NCBI GenBank assembly: GCA_012295275.1
Contig: CM022676.1
Coordinates: 10,788,001-10,852,000 of the forward strand
Direction of reading: 5' to 3'
From: Chrysomallon squamiferum
Lineage: Eukaryota; Animalia; Mollusca
DNA length: 64,000 nucleotides
Shown here: one piece after another, positions 13,660-26,834 of the stretch
Layout of the letters: the number at the start of each line of letters is the position of its first letter
Position numbering within the stretch: position 1 is the stretch's first letter
The notes under the pieces: generated by a model
Database searches by the model: none
Seen by the model: the letters and a program-made list of their open reading frames with translations, nothing else
Told to the model about the DNA's origin: nothing
Translations under genes and position numbers: made by a program

Positions 13660-14030
13660 TAATGTCATGTTTACTGATGAATACTAGTTCACATTGGACT
13701 TCCATGACAGACAGAAAGTGTAGATGATGTGAACGTTAGATGACTGTATTGGAGATGGGACCATCATAATTACTGGACGAACTGCTTTGCACTCTATCTA
13801 ACTGATCAGTACAACAGTGGCAACATCTTTGCAATTTGCTTGTAATCATGGCCATCATTTTCACTTTCAGTATGGCAATCTCGGGGTACATAGAAACAGA
13901 ATTGTTAGCAACTAGCTCCAGACGAAAAAATCAACATTTTATCATACCTTTTCCCCTGTTCATGCCGGTCTTGAAAACAGAGCGGGTTTTACAGTGATCT
14001 CTGCAAAAAGCAGCCTTTCACTAATTTGGA
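13660..14030 (+). mobile_element. Decayed Tc1/mariner transposase fragment
   Basis: Broken translation FTDEY*FTLDFHDR...FQYGNLGVHRNRIVSN...INIL matches the Tc1 FSDE and FQQDNARPH...INxL motifs. Confidence 0.55.
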
Positions 14031-15609
14031 TTTCTGTATAAACTAGCACCATATCATTAATCTGTTATGAACAAAATCTTGTCTAATATGGATGTTGACT
14101 ACTTCAGATTCCGGGTGTAAATTCCAGGACAAAAGAAATACTTATACAGTAATCAGCATTGACAACAATAGCAAACAGTTTTGGAAGTAGCAACACTTCT
14201 TAAACAGTGACAGCAATTTGTATGTAATTTGACTACTGCATGAGATGAAATGATTGTGCTTCATAAAAGGCTTAATAAACAATGATGCAATAGAGTGATG
14301 TAATTTCTATATGCAGCTAAGTTAATATTATTATTATTAGTGTGTATTCGTACCTGATTAGATTCGCTCATTTAGTTTTATGTTTTTTATGTTGCCATAT
14401 AGAAACAAAAGCAGCATATCAAACGTTCGATGCAGATCAAAGTGAAATTAATAGAAGAGTTTTCAGTATATGTAATTTAAGATGCAGAGGCCATTACTAC
14501 AATTGTACGAAGCCAACATTTACTGACATCCTAGCAGGCTGATGTGATATTCACAACAGGTGCAGTGATCATCTGTTGCTTTCGTCGCTCTTAGATCTTT
14601 GCACATACCATTAAACACGGCTTGTAAATTGATAGTTAATGTCTCTAAACTCTGAGGAATGCTTTCATTAACAAGAACAGAAACATGCCCAAATGCCCTG
14701 TTTTTCAGTGTGTTGAAATCTATGATAGAGGTTAAATCTTCTCATGGTAATATCATCAGTGTCCTTCAAGTAAGTTTCTAGATTTCACAGTGGAAAAGGA
14801 TTATATTTTTTAATCAAAAAACTTAAGTCATGAAAATTGGATCTAAGCTCGTGGCAGATCGACTGAATGACTGAAATAGTCATTACGAGGCAGTATTGGC
14901 TGTATTATTTTTTCCTTGGATGTTGATCCAGAAGAATAGAGAGATTAAATATCCATCTCATCAATCATATCAAAAAGAAAGACAACAAGTTTCATCTCAA
15001 TCTTTTTCAACCAGTCTGGAGCTATCTTTTTGAGATGATACTAGGTAGTGGCAACAGTACGTTTCAACCAATCACTGTTCAAACTAACAATCAATCATCT
15101 TCGGCTTTGTGCCTTGGAAGTGTACTACTTGGCTGATTTTAGCACACTGGAAATCTAATAAAATGAGCATTCTAACGATATGTGGCAAGATGGGAATAAA
15201 AGAGAAAATATGCTTTGTAAGTTAAAAGAATTGAACTTCAACAGACTTTTGGGGCTATCTCTCCCATTGATCTCGCCATGGGTATGGTGCAGAAATTGAT
15301 TTCGACTAATACTTGAAAATCAGGCTGTAGTCATTACTTCTTGCTTCACTTTCAATGTTAATTACTGAAAATCATCATTCTGTTTTAATTCAAACGATCT
15401 AAGTTATAAAAAGAAAGTCAGTAAATACTGTTGTTAGACTTATAATTACTTCCAGCAACAAAGATATAGTTGTATCAGGAACGCAAGTCTGAAGGTAACT
15501 AAAATATTCATGACAATAATACAAATACCAAACCACAAGTATATAGTATATATATTTGATTCACTGTGAGGTAATGACATATTTTTGGATATGGAATTGT
15601 TATTTTGTT

Positions 15610-15903
15610 AATGGTTGTACCAAAACCGATCTCAGTATAGGGTCAGTATCACTTGTTAATTAATCAAGTTAATGTCTGTTATGAGTGGCTGAAAATGGAT
15701 TATATCACATTTGGTGATTTTGTAACATTGTGTAAATATACAAAAAATTATATCTCAAAACATGAGCAAAATATCAAAATAATGTTGTTTTGTTATGTAT
15801 TTGTATAAAAAAGGAAATGAAAATAGATGCAAATCAAAAATGAAATTCAAAAACTACGTACTTAACTCAGAAAAAAAGAAGAAAATAATAATAATAATTC
15901 TAA

Positions 15904-15955
<52 letters not shown>

Positions 15956-16298
15956 TATTATTATTATTATTATTATTCTAAGGCAATCTCTATTTTACCT
16001 CTTCTCTCAAAAACTGTATTTAAGAAACTCACCCAAAATAAGTTGGACTATAACCAGACATATCAAAATAGGAGTTAATTTCAGCGACATGATGTTCTTA
16101 TCTGAAAAATAAAGAATCATTTAATTTTATAAAATGCAAGCAAAATAGGAATTTAAATGTTGGTAAAGTTTTAACTTAATTAAAACTTTTTTGACAAATT
16201 AGAAACAGCTTATAAAGTTTAGTTGGAGATCAAAGATTTGCAGAAATATGTTATATTCTACTTCTACCACTAATTTTCTAAAAACTAGTGAATAATAA

Positions 16299-16374
<76 letters not shown>

Positions 16375-16853
16375 CGCTTTAATTTAACGGACATCAGCCA
16401 CTTCTTCGTGTCAGCACTGCCCTTTGCACTCACTTTCTTAGGATCCATGGAAAAGTTTGAGACAACAGTGATCATCAAAAATGGAAAGAGACAATGTCAG
16501 AAATGGTGATTATTGCACATTTGTCTTGAAAATATAGTTTTTTCTCGTTTTCATGAGTTGGTATTTTATTAATATTGCAAATTCAAAATTTGTGAGTTAT
16601 TTTTTAATGGTTGTTCCAAAACTGATTTCAATATAGGGTCAGTATCACTTGTTAATTAATCAAGTTAATGTCTGTTATGACTGGCTGAAAATGGATTATA
16701 TCACATGTGGTGATTTTGTAACACAGTGTAAATATACAAAAAAGTACATCTCAAAACATAGGCAAAATATCAAAATAATGTTGTTTTGTTTTGTATTTGT
16801 ATAACAAGGAAATGAAAATAGATACAAATTCAAAATGATATTCAAAAACTACG

Positions 16854-16890
<37 letters not shown>

Positions 16891-17001
16891 ATTCTAAGGC
16901 AATCTATATTTTACCTCTTCTCTCAAAAACTGTATTTAACAAACTCACCCAAAATCAGTTGGACTATAACCAGACATACTAAAATAAGAGTTAATTTCAG
17001 C
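15610..17001. repeat. Local duplication (~15610-16085 and ~16605-17001) including a 5'-truncated copy of the G1 signal exon
   Basis: Both copies share ATGGTTGT.CCAAAAC.GAT.TCA.TATAGGGTCAGTATCACTTGTTAATTAATCAAG and end in the signal exon. The second copy (16949-17001) keeps the gtgagt donor but lacks the ATG. Confidence 0.85.
16033..16090 (-). CDS. Gene G1 signal-peptide exon
   Basis: ttttcag acceptor (exon starts 16101), ATG at 16090, MSLKLTPILICLVIVQLIL(G), 58 nt, G|gtgagt donor. Paralogous to 40484-40541. Confidence 0.85.
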
Positions 17002-17162
17002 TAAGTCAGTCAAACTAATGGAAGTAGCGGTCCAATTAATGAATTTTGATAATAATAATAATAATAACAAAACCCACCTGAAACTGCATAATTTAACAAT
17101 AAACAAGCCATTTATGTTAATAACAAACATTAACCTGTTCAACCTTCAAAACAACCTATTCC

Positions 17163-17499
17163 ATTACAAAGAGCACTAAGCAAACAACAAAATAATTGAA
17201 GTAGATTGATAAATACAGACGTCATGGGCATTTAATAATATTTAAAATCGCCTGGGGTTTTTTGTTTGTTTTTTTTGGGGGGGAGGGTGTTTGTTGTTTT
17301 TTGTTTTGTTTTATTTTCCTGTTGTTTTAGCCATTAATTCATCAAATCGCTTTCACTGACAATGACTGAATGGCAAAGAAATGGCAGTATATCGTTAAAT
17401 TTTCAAAGAATCAAATGAAAGTGTCTTGATAAGTATAATGACATCTTAACTATAGAGAGTACTATCAACAATTCAGAATAATAATAATAATAATAAAAC

Positions 17500-17539
<40 letters not shown>

Positions 17540-18763
17540 AATCAAATAAACTGTGTTTAAAAGAAGCAGCAGTAATACCGAGTCGTTCTCTAAATATGGA
17601 CATCGTCCAATGACGTCATCTAGATTACGTGTGCTAGATTTAAGATTGAAATTGTGTTCGGCAAAAACCTATTTGGTTAGAACTCATTAATGGGTGGCCA
17701 ACAAGAAGATAATGACCAGTAAACTCCCAACATATATTATCTAGAATATTAACTTGGTTTAATTATATAAGTTCAATAAAATTTAAAGAAATTATAATGG
17801 TTTAACTGCTTCGGAAAGAAGGGCTATTTCTATTGAATTTCATTCGCCATGACGGTCGATAAGAACGACAGTACTTATCATCGGAATTACAGAATTGAAT
17901 GAAATGTTACAGTAATAAATTTATTTAATTTTTTTTTGGGAACAAATCAACAAAGAAACAAACGCCATATTTTGACCGAAGTGTTTCCATCGTTTGAAGT
18001 TTTATGATGAAAAACTTACGGATTTGAAAAATTCAAAAATGATGATGAAGTAGGTCATACCCCTCACAATTTACTAAAGGAACACCGGTAATTAACTGCA
18101 CATAATCGACACAAAAAAACAACAACCTGCATTTCGTTATAGCACTAAGTACTATCTGGAAAAAAGACGTCAGCAAAATTCTGGTTCGTTATATACCTAG
18201 ATGAATCGTTACAACTGGACTGATCAACCTCCTCCCTCTTGAACAGTACTAATCATAATAAATAAAAGTACTTTTGTTTATTAATAATATTATATATAAT
18301 TTATTGATGTCTAAGTGACTAAAATATCTATTACATACCTCTTTTCGACTGCGAACGGTATTACGCCAAAAAACAGCAATGATCAAAAACCGGAAATAAA
18401 ATCGCCGGGTCCATAATTTGGGGGATAAAGTAAGTTCTTTAGAAAATGACAGAAAAGCTAGATACAACAAATAAAACTTAACCTGCAAGAATGGATGTTA
18501 CATTGATATACTGCTGTTAAATGATATCGTTAACAACTGATAATGAAGAAAATTCGTATTTGTTTATTAGTGCTAAAAAAATGTCGTATGCTTATTAGCG
18601 CTAAAAAGTGTTGTTTGCTTGACAAACTAATGCCTGCAGACGACAATAATTATAGAGGGACTTTATGCAAATTTGCAGTAATTATCGGCTAAGATTGACT
18701 AAAAATGTTTTATTTATTTATTTACTTATTTATTTTTTAATATGTATGCATCTATATGCATTA

Positions 18764-18794
<31 letters not shown>

Positions 18795-19358
18795 CATGTT
18801 ATTTATATTACTTCTTTTTTCCTTCTGTTTTATCTAGTATTGGAAGAAAACCAACTTTACTGTACATTTAAAGATACTCATTTAAATAAATCCAAGCCGA
18901 CAGATTTTTATTTTTTTTATTATTTTTATTTTACTTATTAAATGTCACTTTCAAAACATACATAACTCTTTTATCAGTAAATATCATTTCTCTCCCACAA
19001 ATTACGGGGAAAACCGATAAAACAGAATCTGCCAATTATTTTTATTATTTTTACGTCCACAATGACCTTACAAAATAAATATATATGCAAGTAGTTTTTA
19101 TAGTGAAATTGTTATGTTTGGTAATATTTTGCGCGTTTCTGTCTATTTACCGATTTAAAAACAAATAAATAAAAAAAGAGCAAATTATTGATTGTAACTA
19201 ATTTGTTTTATCATCCAGGTGAAAATGAAAGCAAATTATTTTAATCATATTTATTAATCAGAATTCAAAACAGCTCTACAGATTTGAATTTGTCCTATAT
19301 TTTAAGCTGAATACAAATTACCTAGAATAAATAACAGAGAATTTGTCAGCTATATATA
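17163..19358 (+). repeat. 2.2-kb block duplicated in inverted orientation at 55341-57613; diverged partial copy at ~42870-43750
   Basis: Long near-identical reverse-complement matches, e.g. TTACAAAGAGCACTAAGCAAAC at the left end versus GTTTGCTTAGTGCTCTTTGTAA at ~57590-57613. Contains TGACGTCA at 17611-17618. Confidence 0.9.
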
Positions 19359-19679
19359 AATTAATTATATATATGTAAATATTAATTACTGACAATTCTT
19401 ATTTCAAGTTCGTGCTTTGAACAGTTACAGTTTATCAGCAGATATAGAAACAGTTAATATTCCACACAATTGTAGTAAAAACAACTTTCATAAAATATTT
19501 TTACTCAGTAACATATTTAGAAATTAGATTTTACAACCATCCATCTTTAGAAAGATATATAACACAGAATATTTCGTTGGATAAAAGGAACATTGAAAGA
19601 TAATAAAAAATATTGCATGAAGAAACAGAAGAAAATGAAATTATTGTTAATAATGTAGGCGGTTAATGAAATATTTACG

Positions 19680-19734
<55 letters not shown>

Positions 19735-19785
19735 AATAAATATAAAATAAATAAATAAATAAAAAGTCGACCAATTCAGCAAATT

Positions 19786-20234
19786 TACGGTCTAAGGGAA
19801 ATAACTCTATTTAAAGGTGACGCAAAATATCTAAAAAGACTCAGTCTCAGTTAAAGCAATATTTTATACACTATATTTGTTAAAAAGAGATTTTAAAATA
19901 TTGTTGGAATATGAGGCTTCGTTTTATTTTTATCATAAGAAATTAAATAATAATAGAGAAGGACTGTTTTTCAATTCCATAAATTAGTAACTTAACGGTC
20001 TAAGAGGAATAACTATATTTTAGTACTGCGATCTATTCAGAAATGGACATTTTACACAATATTACTAAAAATATGAAAAAAGTAAAATGATATGAAAACT
20101 TTGTTTAAAGTAAGTTTTTCGAAACGAAGGAATATACATTTATTATATTTATTAGTCATTTATATTTATTGTTTACGTTCATACCTTTATTTTATTTTTA
20201 TTGGTATATGAATTTTAGTTTTTTCCGTTTATAG

Positions 20235-20268
<34 letters not shown>

Positions 20269-20571
20269 ACCTATATTTGAAAATATAATTTGTTTATACC
20301 TGGGTTTTTGTATTAAATAGAAAACAAATTAATGTTATGGTCTAAGAGGAACAACTCTAAAATGATTTTTCAGATTACTTGTTTTCGTAAAATCTGTTAC
20401 AAAATGTAATACTGTTACAACATAGTTACGTTTTAAAAAATACTGAAAACAAGAACTCAATAATTACATTTATTCCAATATCAAGGAATAAGAGAAAATT
20501 AAAATTAATTCGAAGTGCAAGCAAAATGACTAAGAAATTATATTTTAGAGTTATTCCCCTTAGACCGTTAA
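19786..20571. repeat. Dispersed ~25-bp motif, three direct copies and one inverted; probable MITE remnant
   Basis: GGTCTAAG(A)GGAA(A)TAACT(C)TA at ~19789, ~19996 and ~20339; inverted TAGAGTTATTCCCCTTAGACCGT at ~20546-20568. Confidence 0.55.
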
Positions 20572-21264
20572 TTTCCTTTTTCTTGAAACTGATCATAAAT
20601 GTATAAATTTTGCTTTTATTTTCATTTTATTTTATTATTATTTTTTTTTAATCAGTGCTAATAATATATATATTTTTTTATTCTACTCATTAATCTCCGC
20701 TCTATATAATAATAATAATAATAATAACAATAACAATAAATTAATTTGAAGTTACTTTATCATTAACCTTATACAAGTTTTGGCTTTTATGACAAAATAA
20801 TTATAATTTGCACTTTTTCTTTTCGTTTACTTTGTTTAGAAATGCTATTCAGTATTTGTTTAACTTTTTTGTAAATTTAATTTAATTTAATTTAATTTTG
20901 TTTCTTATTCAAGCTTTAAATTTATATATTAAAAATTAAAACATGACCACAATATGGAATAAATATCAAATTAAAATGAATTTTTTCTCTATATAATCTT
21001 TCTTCCTTTCTTAATAAATAAAAAATAAATAGTTTGTTGTTGCAATCTTTTTTTGTTTATGTATTTATTATTAGTAGTAGTAATGCTAGTAGTTGAAGTA
21101 GTAGTAGAAATAGTTTCCCTTTCTGTTTCCTAGACTTTATTTTGTGACATATTTAGAGTTATGGTTATATATAACAAATTTAAAAAATATTTTTTTAAAT
21201 AATAAAATAAAATAAATAAGTAAATAAATAAATACAAAAATGTAATCAACAAAAACAGCAAAAC

Positions 21265-21307
<43 letters not shown>

Positions 21308-22173
21308 CTTGTATTAATGGAAAATCTAGAAGATGCAAAACTGTCCTGCACGTGAATACGTGTGCACTGCAAAACAAAGTTTGTTCTCAGTTTAAAGCTT
21401 CTATGATGGTGTGCGAAGTGGAGGCTGTATTTTTTCTTCTGATACAGATAATTAATTTTCCACTGAGAAAGAAAACATATTGGAAGTATATGAAATGTAT
21501 TTGCATTCTAAAAAGACGTACTTAAATTGCTTTTATACTTTTACTTAATTAATGTTCCTAATACCATTTAAATTTTTTTTTTTTTTTTGGAATCTACATT
21601 CAATTGTCTGCATTACATTTCTCAGTTACCTTCTAATGTAAATAAAGTTTCTTAATGAAAATAAAAATATTAATAAAAAAATAGATTTTTAAGAATAAAG
21701 AAATATCTTTTAAACCCGATGTATTTATTATGCTAGTGTTTGCTATTAGTAAATTACAATACTTTTAGTTATTGGAGGACATTTTGTTTTTGTATGTTTT
21801 ACTCTTTTAGGAATTTTTATGATGAACTTGGCTTCTTTTGACATAAGCTGTAAAAATTATTTGTTTCTGGGATTTTATTAGGACAAGTTCGCAAGAAAAT
21901 CTGAATAGCTCATTAGTGCAGTTTTATTCAAATGTGAGGTTTGCTCTTCACCATTAATATGAAAATTCCCGGCCACATGTTGCATGTTTGTAGTGTGCGT
22001 ATTTATATGTGAATGCGTTTTTATTTGTTTATTAAGGACGAATGGTTTTATTTTTTCATCTAATACTCACTGTAATAATGCTTAATGTTTAATTCTTCTC
22101 AAAAATTTTGTTCCTAAAATCTCAGCTACATGTGTTTGAACTGTGATATCTTTGTTTATGAAATTAGCAGCCA

Positions 22174-22401
22174 TCACAAAGAAGCAAGCGTTTAGTACTG
22201 CATGTTCCCTGTGTGAATTTACAATATTTGTCACAAAGAAGCAAGCGTTTAGTACTGCATGTTCCCTGTGTGAATTTAAAATATTTGTCACAAAGAAGCA
22301 AGCGTTTAGTACTGCATGTTCCCTGTGTGAATTTACAATATTTGTCACAAAGAAGCAAGCATTTAGTACTGCATGTTCCTTGAGTGAATTTAAAATATTT
22401 A
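22174..22401. repeat. Minisatellite, 57-bp unit x4
   Basis: Unit TCACAAAGAAGCAAGCGTTTAGTACTGCATGTTCCCTGTGTGAATTTACAATATTTG starts at 22174, 22231, 22288, 22345. Confidence 0.95.
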
Positions 22402-22743
22402 CCACAAACACAAAACATTTTTATGATGTTTCCATACAAATTCTTGAATGAAGACATTCAGTAAATTCAGCTGAAGTATTTATATCGTTTTCTTAAATTT
22501 AAAATCAAAGTTATTGTTTCAGTTTATTCTAATAATATTGGTAATATTTATGCTACACTATAAAAATTTAGTCAAATGTACTCAGTATAACATGATATAA
22601 GTAAAACCAAAAATAAATTAAAATTTAACATATTTATTTTGAAAGCAAATGTTCAGAAATATAATCAACGTTTATGAACTAGAAGAAACGCTGATTTACT
22701 TAATAAATAAATTGAAAGACAAACTACTTAAATAATAAGCCAA

Positions 22744-22805
22744 CTACACTAAAGTTTTCTTTGCTAACAATGTTTGGTCTGCAACTGGACTTGGATGTTC
22801 GGTAA
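22744..22805 (-). CDS. Gene T2 probable terminal coding exon (cytoplasmic tail)
   Basis: atctttacag acceptor. Phase-1 reading gives xTEHPSPVADQTLLAKKTLV*; phase-0 reading gives LPNIQVQLQTKHC*. Phase depends on the upstream donor. Confidence 0.55.
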
Positions 22806-23156
22806 CTGTAAAGATAACAACAATCAGAATCTGATAAAGAAAACGTTACAACATTTAGTAGTGTACTGAGAAAAATACTGAACTGTTAAAAAAACAGCAA
22901 CAACCACAACTAGTACTGCTTCTACATATGTTGTTACAACTAGTAGTACAAATACTAATACTACAACATAATTTTAAGTAATATTTGTGAAAGATTAGAT
23001 CGGATATTTTGTGGTTTTTTGCCATTATGCTTAAAGGTAAGAATCTTCAGGTATAGATTATTATAATTGAGGGGTTCACAATGGAGGAAAATAACCTACA
23101 AGACAATTCTGTTATTGTTTAGTTTACCACAGTTTGCAGATTGTTTAAGAAAATAC

Positions 23157-23286
23157 AAGATTTGTTTGAAAATGGTCCACGTCTTCTAAGAAAAAAACAC
23201 TATGACAACAATGACAGTCACAGAACCAAGAGCTCCGCCTACAGCTGCACCAAGTGCAGAACTAGTACTACTGTGTTCTTCTGAAG
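23157..23286 (-). CDS. Gene T2 transmembrane exon (apparent +1 frameshift in a T7 run)
   Basis: ctattacag acceptor; TSEEHSSTSSALGAAVGGALGSVTVIVVIVFF then LRRRGPFSNKS if the run at 23191-23197 were T6; as given it reads FFS*. Donor at 23157 (gtattt) or 23128 (gtaaac). Confidence 0.75.
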
Positions 23287-24046
23287 CTGTAATAGATAAA
23301 TAACATACATATAACATTTTGTCCTTCTAAAGCTGTCATAGATAAATAACATAACTAATTACATTTTGTTCTTCTGTAAACTGAATAATGTATCCAGTAA
23401 CATTTTGGGTTTTTTAGAACTCTACTTTGTAATTAAATACCATACAAATATTTCTTTCTTCATGAACTGTTATTAATAATTAAATATAAGCAACAATATT
23501 ATAAAACTGTAATTACTAATTAAATATAAAGAGTTACATATTATTATTATATAACTTTAATTTATTAGTATAAAAATATTATTTATAATGTGTAACATAG
23601 ATTTTTGTTTGTTAAGACAATTTCTTATTTTAGTTGAAAAATCAGATTAGATTCAAGCCTGCAGAAAGAATGATGATGAAAGTAATATGGACCTGACTGA
23701 AATGATTTGATGATCACTTTGAAATGTTTGCACTGAATTTCAAGCAAACAAATACATAAATAAATAAATAAATATACCAGTTAGCAGTACCAAATCACTT
23801 CTGTACAAAAAATCTAAATCATAGTTAACATCAAAATGTTACAAATCATACATCTCAAATAAACAATATTTGTTAAGTGCTGGTTTCTTTCAGACTTGTT
23901 ACAAAAACCATATGCATGCACATACATACACATATGTACACACACATATACAAACACGTAACACACACACACACACACATTACATTTGAGACTACTGCTT
24001 CATTTTACACAGGGTGAAATTTAGAACAAAAAAAAAAGGTAATTAC

Positions 24047-24385
24047 TTAGTATATGTAGTTTAATTTTGTTACTTGAGCTGACTGCAGGGATACTTTGGT
24101 TAATCATCAAGTCATTTTCAGCAGCACAGAAAACTTTCTTCCCATCATGTTCTTTGCTGGCTGTGTACGTCACACTTAATGTTGTCAGTCTGTCAGTAGT
24201 AGTGGGAGATCCAGTGATGCTGACAGGAAGCTTGTTACTGTCTAAGTACCACAAGATCTGTGAAACAGTCGGTGCTGGTTTGGCTCCCTGTACAACACAG
24301 GTAAAAACAGCAGAGTCTCCCTCAGTGATGTTAAATGAGTTTGGTTTTTTTCGAGAAATGTTCATTTTCACAGAATTAACTGGAG
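24047..24385 (-). CDS. Gene T2 exon 3: C2-set (CD80/nectin-like) Ig domain
   Basis: ttttccag acceptor, A|gtaatt donor, 339 nt, phase 1-1. PVNSVKM...EGDSAVFTCVVQGAKPAP...ILWY...LSVTYTASKEHDGKKVFCAAEN. Confidence 0.92.
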
Positions 24386-25288
24386 CTGGAAAAGGAAGAT
24401 AAAGAAAATTCACTGTGCTATTCCTTATGATGTAATCAAACCATAAAACACAGATATTTATTAAGTTTGTTTAATTTATGCTGAATATATATGAACAATG
24501 CGCAAACTATATTATTATGAACTTATTACTGCACAATTTAATAGTTCAAATCAGTTAAAAAATAATTTAATTTATTTTTAAAATATATATAAAAATAAAA
24601 TGTAATAAAATAAAATAAAAAAATCTGTTTCAATGAAGTAAATATATGTTACAAAATGGGCAACGTATTACATTTTGCAGATTTAAGTGGTATTTAAGAC
24701 AACTTTAGGAAAAAATAGCACTATATATATATTTATATTTATTTATTTATTTTTATTGTTAAAACAATTGGGATGTAAAATTATTCCAGGATTGTAAACT
24801 GTACCTCTGTTTTAGAAGCATTTCTGAGTGTAACAAATGTTGCCTCCTATACATTACATATTATAGTTTTTATTTAATTTTTTTTAATTTATTTTTTTTT
24901 ATATTACACTATAAATTTGAATACACTTTCCTAGAATTATTCATTTTAGATTTCAATTTAACATATTTCTTATATGCAAATGTGAAGCCATTTTCTGTGT
25001 AAAATTCTAATCCCTAATTTACTATGATTAGCTTCTTGTTTAGACAAGTGTCTTTTTATTTAAATTAAAATTTAGTTTTTGTTCATGTATGTTTTTTTGT
25101 TTGTTGTTTCATTTTCTTATTTTTTTAAATCAATTATTTAAAAAAAAAAAAAAAATGATTTTATTGTAATGATTTTCATTTTCATTACATCATGATTTCT
25201 GTGTTGTATTTTTGGTTTTAGGCTTATTCAACACAATATGCAAATATTATTATGTATACCTGGCAATATCTATTAGATGCAGACTGTA

Positions 25289-25909
25289 AAATCTTTCATT
25301 CCTATAAGATGTCTCAAGTTTATAATAGTTGTAATATGTGGTACAGTTCTTTTTTGCACATTTTTACAGTCATTCGTTTTTTAGCTGCTTTTTTGTTTCA
25401 GCTGACTTTTCCCAGTTCCATTTTTCCCAGTGCCATCTACCTAACAGTAAACTGTATTAAACTGGTAAGATACAGTTTTTGGAGGTCAAAACATAGTGTG
25501 AAATATATTACAATATATACAACATTTGATTATACTCTAGTTAATGACATGAATTGGTGTACCAGACAAAAACACAGAGAGAATTTGGAAAAAGGATAAA
25601 ATCTTTCATTCCTATAAGATGTCTCAAGTTTATAATAGTTGTAATATGTGGTACAGTTCTTTTTTGCACATTTTTACAGTCATTCGTTTTTTAGCTGCTT
25701 TTTTGTTTCAGCTGACTTTTCCCAGTTCCATTTTTCCCAGTGCCATCTACCTAACAGTAAACTGTATTAAACTGGTAAGATACAGTTTTTGGAGGTCAAA
25801 ACATAGTGTGAAATATATTACAATATATACAACATTTGATTATACTCTAGTTAATGACATGAATTGGTGTACCAGACAAAAACACAGAGAGAATTTGGAA
25901 AAAGGATAA
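25289..25909. repeat. Apparently perfect 310-bp tandem duplication in T2 intron 2
   Basis: Two consecutive copies beginning AAATCTTTCATTCCTATAAGATGTCTC, period 310; the paralogous T1 intron (~420-890) has one copy. Confidence 0.95.
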
Positions 25910-26367
25910 CGTATGACACAAAACACCATTTATTCTAGCTACTGACTAACTGGGGATTCTTCTCTGAGCTTTCAATGATGATTACATTCTTTTCTTTTTT
26001 TTCTTTTTTTTAAGGCTGTAATGTAAGTGAACCAAAACAACTAGGGGTTATTAAAGATTTGAAAGAAGAAAAAAGGCATTGTAAAATTGAATGAGCTAGG
26101 CCACAGGAAGGTACAATTTAGAAAATAGCAATAACATTGAGTTTTATCAGAAGGTGTGGTTTCATCAAATGGCACATCTGCTGAAAACAGTAACCTGAAC
26201 TTTACTATCATTAAACATGGTACAAAATGAAGAGAAACAAATACCAGCACCATATGTTACATGCATCATTCTTTAGTTTTGTTATGACATTTTAAAACAA
26301 ATATGTATAATACAAACTGGACATGGTTCTTAATACATATGGGGGCACAAATATGATTAAAATCAAA

Positions 26368-26423
<56 letters not shown>

Positions 26424-26834
26424 CCCATAGAAATTAGATGCTAAACATGAAGTAGTGATTGATTTGACTTCATTTAGGTATGACCTAAACATTAATCTTA
26501 GAGTCCAAATTCCACTTTTGAAAAACAGAGAAAATAACAAATCTCTGGAACTATTTCACTAACTTCAATGATGTTGATCTCTATCTTTTAGATCAGATTA
26601 AAACTCCCTTATGATTAACACTCTTGACATTTATATATAATAAATTAATACCTTGATATTTAAAATTAAAATATAAAAAATATTTTATCTTTGCTCATTT
26701 TACAGTTCTACATATTTTCATTTTATATACATCTTGCTATAACATACAGCATAATTCTTTAATGGAATTATTACTGTATAAAAAACACAAAAAATGGTAG
26801 CATTGCTTCATCAAATTAATAACAAATAACTTAC

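Noticed and set aside
14340-15350. Higher-complexity stretch in the G1 intron that could be a nested gene
   Set aside because: No long open frame or recognisable motif; probably an old transposon relic that I cannot classify.
22082-22457. Three overlapping repetitive ORFs; also a superficially CRISPR-like array
   Set aside because: Produced by a 57-bp (19-codon) tandem repeat with no unique spacers; eukaryotic context, no cas genes.
24067-24402. Plus-strand ORFs overlapping Ig exons (also 10508-10696, 11686-11907, 38419-38616)
   Set aside because: Antisense shadows of real minus-strand exons.
25252-25909. Twin plus-strand ORFs of 115 and 96 aa
   Set aside because: Result of the 310-bp intronic duplication, antisense to T2, not preserved in the T1 paralogue.
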